DNA of 63,890 bases, the filler included, from Chiloscyllium plagiosum (taxonomy: Eukaryota): the NCBI RefSeq assembly GCF_004010195.1. It is 5 parts of one record of this genome, joined end to end, with 100 filler letters (N's around TTAATTAATTAA, not from the genome) between each part and the next. Parts side by side here need not be neighbours in the genome. Positions count along the whole stretch, not along the records: positions 1 to 27,486 come from NC_057712.1; 4 more parts are not named here. The stretch is one strand, 5' to 3'. Of the stretch, positions 12,640 through 24,394 are shown in pieces (the stretch's first letter is position 1; each line of letters starts with the position of its first letter). The notes below the pieces were generated by a model. The model saw only the letters and a list, made by a program, of their open reading frames with translations, ran no database searches and had not been told where the DNA came from. Both the position numbers and the translations under genes were made by a program.

Positions 12640-13520
12640 GAGTGACTCAAGATAAATGGCTGTAGCAATATATGCCATGTTATGGCAAGATCTGGCACCA
12701 TAGTCAACAAGTTCCCATGACCCATCACTTGCACTGAAAGATACCATGGCTCTCAATTTTTGTGGACAGATAGTTTCAGTGCTCAGTAGCATTTCCAAGT
12801 CAGCTGCCCATATGTGTAAGAAAAAAAGGATTGGCACCAATTTAGGACTCCTCAAGGATGACCAAAACAAACTGATAAAGGGGTAAAGAGAAAATGCATG
12901 GAAGCTCACAGGCAAGCTAAAAACAGACTGTAAAAGATGCTTAGGTATTCCACATGCCCTGTTTGTTTGGGTTGGGAGCATATAAACGTCCCTGTGGATG
13001 TGACAGACACAGGGGGCCAAGGGATTTGTGGACATAGCAGGCTTCCCAGAGGTCAAGGAGCTGTAAACAGTACAAATGTCACAATAAGGGCATCACCCCA
13101 TTAGCAGGATGCCTTCATGAACAGGAAATTCCTCTATTTATTGAATATCTAAGTGGTGTGTGACCACCGCCAGACGTTTCCTGCATCTATGTGCCCATTT
13201 TCCAGGAAGCTGCCATGATGGGCCATTCAGGGTGAGAAATTCACAGCTGTTTCAGCTGTTCCAGTTCTCAATATGGCTTTCTGATTGGCTTCTAATGAAC
13301 AAGGCGTGCCGTTTTACGAAGATGCTTGATGATTCTCTTTAGGCAGCTGCAGATGGCGATACAATAACAGCCACGTGCAAACCAGGAGCAACATTGAACA
13401 GGCTAAGGGCATTTTGAAAATGCAGTTGAGATGCCTTAACCCTGCTGGAAGGTCATTCCAGTTTTCGAACATAGGAGTCTTGATAATAATGGTTTGCTGC
13501 ATGTTCCAACAAAATATGAC
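12640..13520 (+). pseudogene. PIF/Harbinger DDE transposase fossil (HARBI1-like)
   Basis: Frameshifted peptides GFVDIAGFP..GAVNSTNVTIRASPH*QDAFMNRK..LNI*VVCDH, RFLHLCAHFPGSCHD and RYNNSHVQTRSNIEQAKGILKMQLRCL..IIMVCCMF follow Harbinger DDE motif order. Confidence 0.85.
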
Positions 13521-13699
13521 CGAAGAAAGAGAGAAATAAATTCTGATGGTAATGTGCATGTAGAATTAAGGTGGTTTGCAAGGTCCCTGGCTTTGTGAGG
13601 CATCAATGTTAACCACTGAGACACCGTGCTGCCCCTTTTGTTTGAAAGTAAACAAGTAATCGTGAATATTTGAAAAATATTCCATGGTCTACAATAAAT

Positions 13700-13960
13700 A
13701 AGCATTCCGCTAAAACACAAATACAGAACAAGGAAAGCGAATTGGCTATATCGGCTGTGTCAAACAAAACAACTTAAAGCTTGCATCAGACCAAAAGAAG
13801 TGGCTTGTAAGAAAAAAAGGATTGGCACCAATTTAGGACTCCTCAAGGATGACCAAAACAAACTGATAAAGGGGTAAAGAGAAAATGCATGGAAGCTCAC
13901 AGGCAAGGTAAAAACAGACTGTAAAAGATGCTTAGGTAAATGAAATGTAAAGGATGTAAA
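13700..13960 (+). mobile_element. Old CR1 ORF2 linker fragment; source of the 133-bp copy at 12815-12947
   Basis: ..aaaacagactgtaaaagatgcttaggtaaatgaaa resembles the CR1 KTDCKSF.RY motif. Confidence 0.55.
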
Positions 13961-16052
13961 AGCACACTGGATTGGCTCCCCAACCATCACCTTCAACATA
14001 CACACCCTCATCACTGACACAGTGTCAGAGTTATGATCTGTCTGCAAGGTGCACTGCAGTAATTCACCAAGGCCCCTTTCACAGCACTGTCCAAAACTGC
14101 AACCTCTACCATCAGGCATTTTTTTTAATATATAAAAATGAACAGGGAGGCGAATGTGAACATAGGCCCCTTAGAGAATGAGACCTAGGAAATAATGGGG
14201 AACAAGTAAATGGCAGAGAAGTTTTCTTTTGATGTCAGTTGAAAGGAGAAAAATCTCTATTTAGATGCCAGTTGCTTTGAAAGTAAGTCCCAATCTTTTT
14301 GGACAAGTATTTCTTTCTTTCTTCATGCTGTTGTCAAGCAGATATACAGTATCATTTTGATCACCACATAGTCTGTAGAAGCCCTCTTGGCCAAAGTGGT
14401 GTCTGTGATTCAAGTTTCTGAAATTTTTTTAATGGAAAGAATTTTTTTCTAACCTGTAGAGAATTAGTTATCATTTGGCCTTTTGAGTGTGCATGTGCAC
14501 ATGTTGATTATGTTCTTTTACACTTTTTAACTTGTTTAAAATATCAAAAATGTGTGTGCCCAGTACGATTTCAGTGTACTAATATTTATTCAGTTATGGA
14601 GTTGGCCTTTCTCTTTTAGTAGTTGGCTCTAAGGAGCATGGGCTGTAAGTTGCAGCTGGCTCATAGCACTGATTTGGACAGTGGAGGAATTGATACATTT
14701 GAATGTGCAATTCTGTTAACTCTACAGACTGATTGCTTGTGATCGGATGTATGTAAACCTATAATCATTGCTATTTTGTTTGGGAAGAGGTTAGGAGTAG
14801 GGTTAAGGTTTTCATTGAGTGAAGTTCTAAGGATAGATTCTCTCTGCCAAAAATAAATGACTGTCAAAATGGTGTCAACGGTCAAATTATAGGTGCTGAT
14901 GAAGGTGCTAGAATAAATTATTGATGATACACCATGATTAAATATGGGGAAATGAATGCTAATGGTTCAGCATTAAATCACACTGTAACAGCTGTCTGTT
15001 TAGTACAAAATGAAGGGGTCTTAAAGAGATTAAATCCTTTTGTTTAGACTTGTTTGAATAGAATTTTCATAACATTTGAACTGATAATATAATGCTGTGG
15101 TATGTGCTCTTTGGAGCTCAACACAGGCTGGTGACTTGTAGCTGTAAAAGTCTAAATTTACATATGATTTACATGGTGCATGTTATGAATAAAGTAGACT
15201 TTCTAGGCACCTAATTGAGAGGCCTCCTTGGATGGAAGAAACTTTAAACAGGAAGGGTAGTCTGCATTTGAACAGATGGGAGATAAGCTGCTTGAGCAAA
15301 ACATAAAAAAGTAATAGGCATGACTTAAGCTAGATTTGGAGAGGACAGTGGATCGAATGCGGATAAGCAAAGGTATTACACTCGTGTACTCGTGGATAAT
15401 TTTCATAATGTGAGGGAATGGAGAGACCAGAAGGAAGGGATCAAAGTAGAAATAATTTTATGGGGATAATTGCTGATTGCTTTTAAATGCAAATTGTTAA
15501 GTAGAATACTTTATTTGATTCTGTGTTAGATTTAGCATTTTGCACATTGCCTGAAATTAGTCGTAACCTTAAAGTAGGTGAAAGCTTGGTCTGTAATGAT
15601 CTCTGGTAGGTTTGAAATCATATTAATTTTAGTCTAATCCATAAATGTATTAGCAAAAGACTTTAGAGAAATATTCTGACAATTAAGTAGAAGACAAAAC
15701 AAAAAGAGAAATTTCTTAGTTTTACAATAATTTTATTGCGTTAATTTGGTTTCTCTGATAATGGTGTGAAATAGAAGAATAAACTATATGTAGTGTCTTG
15801 GAAGTTAAATGTGACTTTAGATAGTTAAATGAAAATTTCTAGAAGGCAGAGTCAGGTCCAATTTTGTTGGGAAATTTGGATTGCGTGGGAATGAGACATC
15901 AAGGGAGGAGGGGGTAAAAAGAGAAATAGCAAGAGACTGAGAGATCTTTTTGGATTCTAGTTTTGCGAGGGTGGTGTAATTTATTTTGCGTGGGAGATGA
16001 CTGTAGATATACTTTAGCAGAGGGCCTCCTTTATGTTTTTGAGGCCTGGAGA

Positions 16053-16374
16053 GGGCGGCACGGTGGCACAGTGGTTAGCACTGCTGCCTCACAGCGCCAG
16101 AGACCGGGTTCAATTCCTGCCTCCGGCGACTGACTGTGTGGAGTTTGCACAATCTCCCCGTGTCTGCGTGGATTTCCTCCGGGTGCTCCGGTTTCCTCCC
16201 ACAGTCCAAAGACTTGCAGGTCAGGTGAATTGGCCATGCTAAATTGCCCGTAGTGTTAGGTAAGGGGTAAATGTAGGGGTATGGGTGGTTTGCGCTTCGG
16301 CGGGTCGTTGTGGACTTGTTGGACCGAACGGCAAGTCTCCACACTGTAAAGTAATCTAAAGTAATCTAATCTAA
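16053..16374 (+). mobile_element. HE1-type V-SINE
   Basis: A/B boxes, V-domain and (AATCT)n tail; near-identical to 11635-11946. Confidence 0.93.
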
Positions 16375-16474
16375 ACCTTTAAGGGCACAGTACCATTTAA
16401 TGTTTTCTTCCTTGAGGGCTCGTCTGTATATCACTTGATCTGATTGGTTGTTTATTTCATGTTGTTTGCAGCAA

Positions 16475-16693
16475 CAGGCTGTTCTGCTATAACATGTATT
16501 TTGTTAATGCAAATTTGCTGTAATGTGATTGATGAATTGGAGACACTATTTCTAAAGTGTGAACTTTTAAAATGTGTGTTAGCTGTAACGCGATTATATC
16601 GCAAACACTTTAAGCACTGTCTCTAAAGCACGATTTTTCTATAACACTGGGTTGCTCAAGAACATAACCATTGCATTATAGAAGAACTACCTA
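16475..16693. mobile_element. Tc1/mariner-pogo (Tigger-like) MITE
   Basis: Imperfect terminal inverted repeats caggctgttctgctataa and ttatagaagaactaccta, about 220 bp, non-coding. Confidence 0.65.
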
Positions 16694-18419
16694 GGGGGGA
16701 GTTGTTACATCGTTCTTGTGAGGGTATTTGGTGGTTGGACCAATGCCTCTACAATTTTCTCTCTTATCTTCAGTACTCCACGACGTACTTCATCCAGTTC
16801 TCGTGACTTATTAACTTCAAAATGCAGCCAGCATTTATACCTCAAATTATTTATCACATTTTAACCCATCTAACATCTCAACTACCTCCTCTTTCACTAT
16901 GACTCTCGCAGCACCTTCCCAATTATTAATGACAGATGTATTCATTTAGAAGTTCAGTCATAAGATCACAAAAAATAGAAATCAGTCAGGCACACCTTCT
17001 GTGAACTGTTTCCGATACATGTTCCTCCTTAAGTAATAGGATCAAATGAACAAATGTGATGTGATGTCACTAATGCCCTATACAGTTGTAGTAAAACTTC
17101 CCTATTTTTGTATGCCATCTTCAATAAAGGCTATTACTCCACTTATCTTCCTAATTACTTGTTCACTTTGGTTACTCTTTTCATTTTTTTGATGAAGTGT
17201 GAAAGCTTTTACTGTTTGTTTTAAATTTCTTGCTAGTTTTCTTTCATATTCCATTTTCTCCTTTATTATAATTTTCATCACCCTTAGCCGGTTTTGAATT
17301 TTTTCCTAATCTTGTGGGCTACAGAGATTTATTTTCATACAGGGAATACAAAAAGTAATATTGTTGTTTGCAGATGAAAAGTAAGTGATGATGGCCTGAA
17401 GGAGACTTTCTTAGTTTAACACTGAAAGGGTTCTTTAGCTACTGCCAAACCGATAATGTCTAATATCTTCAATTCACTGATGATGGATCCCCTGATAACC
17501 TGAACGTGCACAGGATAATATTCCAGCAAATAGCTGTAGGCATGCCTGTACTTGACTACAATAGGATCTATCACCTTCTCCACCACTGCACTTAGACTTG
17601 GCTATGGTTAAGGTCTCTGGGCTTACAAAAATATCTATGTTAAAATGACACTAGCTTTGTACAAAGAGGCTTTTAAAGTTTGTGTGTGCAAAATATCAAA
17701 ACATTATTTCAAAGAAATAGAAGTTATAAAATGGAGTATTTGCATTCTAGAGAAATGGAACAGGAGACCGTCATTCAGCCCCTTTAGCTCTGCTTTCTAC
17801 TATTCACTCAGATCAGGATTGTTCTGCGTCTGAACTCCATCATTCCACCTTTGCTCAATATTCCTCAAAACTCTTACCCAATAAAAAAGCTCTATTGATC
17901 TAAGCCTGGAGTATTGCTATTTTTCCTTCATGTTTCTAGCTATTGGAGGAAGAATCCTCTTTGTGTGAAAAGTGCTCCCTCATCTCACTCCAAAATGTCA
18001 AAGCACCAAATTTAATGTTGTGTCCCATGCATTTGGGTTTCCCATCAGAGGAAATCGTTTTTGAAACCTTTTTGCCATTTTAAGCACCTCGGTTGGTTCG
18101 CATCTTAAGGACAATGCAACACGTTGAATCACACCCCTAATCACCTTAAGACATGTGCATTTGTGATGCCAAAGTATAGAAGGCTCTAGGCCAAGCACTA
18201 CAAAATGGAATGAGAATAGTTAGATGGCTGTGTTGACTGGTGTGGGTGCAGTGGGCCAAAGGGCCTTTTCTAGTTATGTAGATCTCCATCACTCTATGAC
18301 TGCCTTAAGCTTTGCAGAACTGTACATCATTTCTTTCAATTTGATCCTATTCTTTGCTACTTTGGTTAGCTACAAATGTTGCTTTCTTCTTATAATCTTA
18401 AGAAATACATCTTTATGAA

Positions 18420-19570
18420 AATTACAAAGCATGTGCTTAAATGTCTGCCACTGTTTTTCCATCATTTTCCATTTTAACCTGTATTTTAATTAACACAGCC
18501 TTCTAGTTGCCCTTTAAGTTAAGACACTAGCTTCAGACACACATTCCCCACCCTCAAACTAAATATAAAATTAATTATGTTAGCATTAGTTGTTCCTTAG
18601 TTTCAGAGTGTATTGTTTTCAGAAACTGACCTGAAGTATACCATATGCACTCACCTTTCTGGCTCTCTTTGCTAGATTTATTTGCGTAGTCTATATGAAG
18701 ATTAAAATCTCCCACAAATTACTGCAATCTCATTCTTACATGCACATATTATTTCTTGATTTATTGTCTGCCCTAGAGTGCACCTACTCTGACGGACCAG
18801 CAAGATATTCCCATCAATATTTACTTTCAGTTTGCTATTTCTTATTTCAACTGAAACTGATTCTTGATCTTGAATCTCTGACCAAGATCAATTGTTACCA
18901 CTACTGATCACATTCTTTATTAACAGAGTTATCCCATGTCCATTTCCTTTCTTAAATGTCAAAGTCCTGGAATATTTCAGCCCTAGTTGTTCTCACTTTG
19001 TGGTTATGCATCATTGATGGTTATCAGCATAAATAGAAATTAATGAGTATGATATAAACTTATCCATCTCTCCTAGAACTCGTCACAATACTCCAGAATC
19101 TAAAGCCCTCCTTCCTGTGCAATCTTTCCACCAAGACGCACATTTGCTCTATGTTGTTCAGCTGAGGCATCAGAATTAATATCTTTTGAAGTGCTTCTTG
19201 CTGGTTTCTTTCCTAGCTCCCATATATTTGCCTACAAGACCTCAATGCTGGTTCTGACTGTGTCATTAACATTGACATGGACCATGGCCTTAGGCTGATC
19301 ACTAACCATGCACTGCCACCCGTGCCCCCCCCCCCCCCCCCACAAAACTTCAGTACAGCCATTTAATGATATCTTTGACTCTGGCACCACAGAGGCAAGA
19401 CACCATACTGGAATGATTTTTATAGCCATTGAACAGCTCATCTGCTTCCCTAACTGTAAAATGTTCTGTCACTATTGCTTCCCCAATCTTCCTCCTGCTC
19501 CCTGGCACAGCCAAGCCAGCAGTGGTGCCATGGTCTTGGCTCTGCATTCCCCAGATGAACCATCATTTCC
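18420..19570 (-). mobile_element. Old degraded CR1 (ORF1 esterase and endonuclease remnants)
   Basis: Minus-strand peptides SMVSCLCGARVKDI and MVHVNVNDTVRTSIEVL (ORFs 19350-19547, 19232-19441). Confidence 0.65.
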
Positions 19571-20125
19571 AGCTTGAACATAATGTACATTGAATAGCAC
19601 TGAGATGCCCTGTCATGCCTCTTTTAGACTATTCACTAAAATTGTATGAAGTAGAGTTTAAGACTTTAAAAACAAACCTAAGGTTAATAACCCTGTTTAA
19701 TCATTCATGTTTCTCTGTTTAGTTCATGAACTCAGTACTTGATCTCTACACTGAGTTGAATTTGCCCAGGTTCTGCTGGGTTTTTGTCTTTGTACTAACT
19801 TTAACCTTACTCTTCTGACATTTATTCCCCCTCCAGAATCTGGCCACTCTGCTACTTTACCCCTGAACTCCTTATCTCTAGCTCTGTGATTCAACAAAAT
19901 AAGCTCTGAATTTATACATTTGCCCTAGCTAAGAGATTGGGACAGAGAGATTTTCTGATTTGATTGATGAATATATCATCTATCCACTTCTTGTGATGTC
20001 AGTCCTTTTCTTGTCATATAGCTGCTGTTTCAGAGTCATCCCCCCACACACTGATCCCAATCTGTCTGTTCTCACTATCCCTGCTCCCACAATTCCTGCA
20101 CCTCTTGTATTCCCACTGTAGTGAT

Positions 20126-20745
20126 TGTAACAAGGTCAACCAGTGGGACCTTATAGAATATGAGTTCCTGATTGTGGCTGTTGATCTGGTCCAATCGGGG
20201 AGCCCTGGATGACATAAAAAAGGATGAGTGTCTGAGAGACTGACATGTCGATGTCTGACTCTGTATAAGACAGTACTCTAGTCAAGGACTGTTCACGTGT
20301 AAATAAAAGGTGACTTGGATCGGATACCGGCCTCTCAGGACAGCAACGCATGATCCTGAAGGAACTCTCAACAATCATTTTTGAGTTGGGGTGAGCATTT
20401 TCTTACATCATGTCTTTATTTGGGAATCTTGACTCCTTCGACCATGCAGTTGAGGACTGTGCCTAATATGTGGAAAGAATGTGTTACTTTTTTTCAAGGT
20501 AAACAATATTGTGACAGATGAAAGACTGTAAGTAATCTAAATCTAAACAACAAAGTAATTCTCCTGATTGCAGCTCCACAGGCTGATTTTCCTGTCATTA
20601 GAAGCCTAATTTTCCCTGAGGCACCGGGTACTAGAACCTTTCAAGAATTGACTGACATAGTTAAGGAATATTCCAACCCTAAGCTGCCTCCAATTCTGAA
20701 ATGCTCTTGCTTTTATTTGGCAAATTGTGAACTGGGGAACCTGAT
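20126..20745 (+). mobile_element. Ty3/Gypsy 5' LTR plus start of gag (degenerate)
   Basis: LTR begins TGTAAC at 20126 with AATAAA near 20302. ATG at 20410 gives MSLFGNLDSFDHAVEDCA*YVERMCYFF..RSLIFPEAPGTRTFQELTDIVKEYSNPK, typical of K02A2.6-like Gypsy gag N-termini. Confidence 0.75.
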
Positions 20746-23067
20746 GTATACCTCGTTACGTTATAGCCAGAAACTTGGCTGTTTGTGCTACATTCCCCTG
20801 AAAGTCCATCACCTTTTCCAAAACAGCAAACTTGTTTGAAATGGGGATAGCCAGAGGAGACTCCTGTATTACCTGCCTCCCTCTCTTATCTTTCCTGGAG
20901 TTTACCCATCTACCTGACTGTGTAACTCAAGGGTGACTTGTGATGGGAGGCTGGCCTCTGTTGAGTTTTTTTCACCCACCTCTCACTTCTGCCACTTTCC
21001 CTGCTCTTTAGACTTCCTGCTGCTCACCTCTTTATCTCCATGCCTCTCACTTTTCCTGTTTGGACTCCCTGATTTTAGTCAATGCTTTTATTCTCACTGT
21101 TTTTTCACCTTCCCATCTCTCCCCTCTGCTTCTCTTGCTGCTGCTGGTCTGGCACCTTAGGACCCCATTCTTTTTAATTACTCCCCCCAACAAACCTCAA
21201 ATTCTGCTCTGCTGGCTGCTCCTGTTGCCTGATATGATGTCTTTGGTCATCTCTGCTTCATATCCCAGTCTCTTGCATTTGCTGCTGCTAGACATTTACA
21301 AACAGAAAGCTTAATAGGGAAAGTATATTTCAGTGCAAAAATATTGATGATTTAAAGGAACAAAAATAATTTTGAAGATCTGAGCTAATTCACTCTTGAT
21401 CTGAAAACATCTCCTGACAACTATGGTATGCATCACCTTAATATGCATTCAAATTGTAAACAGCATTTTACTCCACCTGAAATAATTCCTGTTGAATAAT
21501 GTTAATGGTGGATCTGTATTAGCAGTAAATCTCTAAGTAAATCTCTAAGTAAATCTGCTCAGAGTATTTTCCCTCCTTGGCAATAGTTAAATATGAATTG
21601 TCTTGAATATTTTGTACCAACTGTTAAGAGTGTAAAAATAACAAAAATGTCAGAAACTCTTCTGACAAGCATGTCCCTCATTTAGGTTCTTGTTATTTTC
21701 AGTCATTTTGTTGCTTTCTTTTGTCAGAGACAATCCGGTGAAATGTTACGGACTAATAGCTTTTATTCATTAGATGCTTAGAGTAACGACTCTCCTGCCA
21801 TGTTGTAAATTTGATTTACAAGTATAAAGAGCCCAGTTATTTTCAGATCTTGCCCAGCTGAGCAATTTTACAGTGGAGACCAAGTATTGAGTTGTACTGT
21901 CAATAACTAAGGTATTCAGTGAAGATATAAAACTCAGTTATAGCACAAAATAAGTGAAAATTGTAGCATTTCTAACCTCTTAAACTGGATCATTTTTCAA
22001 TTCAAGATTCAGTACTGATAGACAATCTGTTTCAGCTTTTATTTGAAGAAATAATTTCCAAAAATATGATGAATATTGAGGGTTGAACTCTTACTTGTAG
22101 TGCTATCAGTTTATAATAGAACCTGGTTCAATAGGCCATTTAGCCCATCAAGCCTTTGCTTACTCTTTAAAATAGTGATTAAAGTAGTCCCACTCTGCAG
22201 CTCATTCTGCATAGCTCTGTTATGTTTTCCTTCAAGTATTTTATCACATTTCCTTTGAACGTTACAATTGAACCTCCTCCTAATAACCTGGCTGACAGTT
22301 TGTAACATCAAATTATGTAAAGTTTCTTCATACCACTCTTAGTTCTTTTGGCCATGAGTTCTTTAGTTACTGAGTTGCTACTGGAAACAGTTTCTCCTCA
22401 TTTGCTTTTCCAAACTTTTTCATGAGATTTGATAGAGATGTTCAAGATCCTTTTAATCTTCTCTGGCCTAAAATAGAATAACCCACTTCTCCAGTCTTTG
22501 CATGTAACTCAAATTCTTCATATTGTTACTTTTAAATATGTTTGAGCTTAACAATTCAAATATTTTACATTATAATTTACTATATATCATGACAATTGTG
22601 GTTTCAGAGCCTAACTGAGCATTAACAAGAGAGACGTTATGAGTATAATGATATGCCACTTAAATGATGAGTCCTTTTCCACTTCTAACAAAAAAAAAGA
22701 CAATCTTGAAAATGAGTTGTCATTAATCAGTGAGCTTTATATTTAAATGTAAGTAATTGAATATTTCAGGTTAATTGAGTTGGTAGGAAATGCGCTAACG
22801 CCAAGCATCATCTCAGTTTTGTCCATGACACAAGTTGAACAACAATCCATGTTGAAGTAAAATAAAAAGGACAAATAAAGCTTAATAATGCACATTCATA
22901 TAGCAACTAGCCTCATCACTGATCATCAGTCTTGATAAAGAATTGAATGCAATAGGCAAATTTGTATTTGACAATTAATTTTTTTTTTCTTTTGGAATGT
23001 TTCTCCTTTGTCCAGGTAAATAATGATTTTTTTTTTCTTCCTAATTTGATGTTACTTTCTCTTGTAG

Positions 23068-23132
23068 CAATGTTTTTTCTGCAGAAGAGGGAACTTTATT
23101 GATTATTGTAATTGTGCAACAATAGATTTGAA
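23068..23132 (+). other. Candidate internal exon of an unidentified host gene
   Basis: Branch-like ctaat at 23041, polypyrimidine tract, ttgtag| acceptor and AA|gtgagt donor. Phase-0 frame QCFFCRRGNFIDYCNCATIDL is open and phase-compatible with 4614-4699. Confidence 0.3.
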
Positions 23133-23439
23133 GTGAGTACTATTATTTAAAATGTGTAAAATTTGAAAATGAAACAACAGTTTTGTGAATAAAGAAGGTA
23201 ATTGACAACTAAATCATTTGGTAATTAATTTCCAACTGTATGCTTTATTGTTGAAGTAGAGAAAAATGCCAAATCACCTCGGAGAAAATAAAAAGGGAGT
23301 GTTTTAGTTACTGTATAGCATATTATCCATTCACCTTGATGTCTGCATTTGAAATCTGTAGACACTGGTATCAGTCTGAGTGAACAGTTGGCATCAAACA
23401 GATACCTTACTGATTCTCTCAAATTGTTGGAAGATGGTG

Positions 23440-23950
23440 GGAAATTGGTGTCAGAAGGATGTTGTTAAACTTGAAAGGGTTCAGAAAAGACTTAGAAGGA
23501 TGTTGCCCAGATCGGAGGATATGAGTGATATGAAGAGGCTGAGTAGGCTGGGGCTGTTTTCCCTGTAGCGTCAGAGGCTGAGGGGTGACCTTAGAGGTTT
23601 ATAAAATCATGAGGGGCATGGAGGGATAAATAGACAAAGTCCTTTCCATGATGTGAGGGTGTCCAGAACTAGAGGGTATAGGTTTAGAGTGAGAAGGGAA
23701 AGATATATAAGAGACCTAAGGGGTAACTTTTTCCCGCAGAGGGTGGTGCATGTATGGAATGAGCTGCCAGGGCAAGTGGTGGAGGCTGGTACAATTGCAA
23801 CATTTAAAAGATATTTGGATGGGTAATTGAATAGGAACGGTTTGGGCCAGGTGCTAGCAGGTGGGACAAGATTAGTTTGGGATATCTGGTCAGCATGAAT
23901 GGGTTTGACTGAAGGGTCTGTTTCCGTGCTGTACTTCTCTGTGACTCTAG
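23440..23950 (+). mobile_element. CR1 LINE 3' fragment
   Basis: KDVVKLERVQKR..RLGLFSL and a CR1 3' UTR ending tctctgtgactcta. Confidence 0.9.
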
Positions 23951-24394
23951 GACTTTATGGTCATTTTCTGCATTGATTTTTGTCTACCCTGCTTATAGTC
24001 AGATTGGGTTCGCATGAGCCTGCAAAATTTACATTAGAATTTTATTCATCTTTGCCTCCTGTTGTAGCCCTCTTGACCAACATATTTAATTATTCTCCTG
24101 CTGGTAATAAGTGTGCATTTACAAGTTTGATTGAACATGCAGTCCACAGGCCTTAGATGCCAAATAATTGACCAAGATGTTCTCTCCCAGTTTTCACATC
24201 TTGGCTATGCATTTTCCAGGCGTGTAATTGGTTGCCATTTTTTGAACATGAATTATTTTCCCTTTTCTCTGATGAAGTCATGTTCAGATACCAAGTTCTG
24301 GAATCATCTCCATTATTTTCTGCAAGCCTGATCCAAAATGTGCAAGCTGTCTGTAATTATGCATTTTTTAAAACTGTGGCTTCCCTGATGACTT

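Noticed and set aside
14239..14282. AG..GTAAGT exon-like segment
   Set aside because: Stop codons in all three frames; shows the chance rate of splice-like motifs
17343..17380. Short exon-like segment (GIQKVILLFADE)
   Set aside because: Acceptor lies at the edge of degraded antisense CR1 sequence; too weak to call
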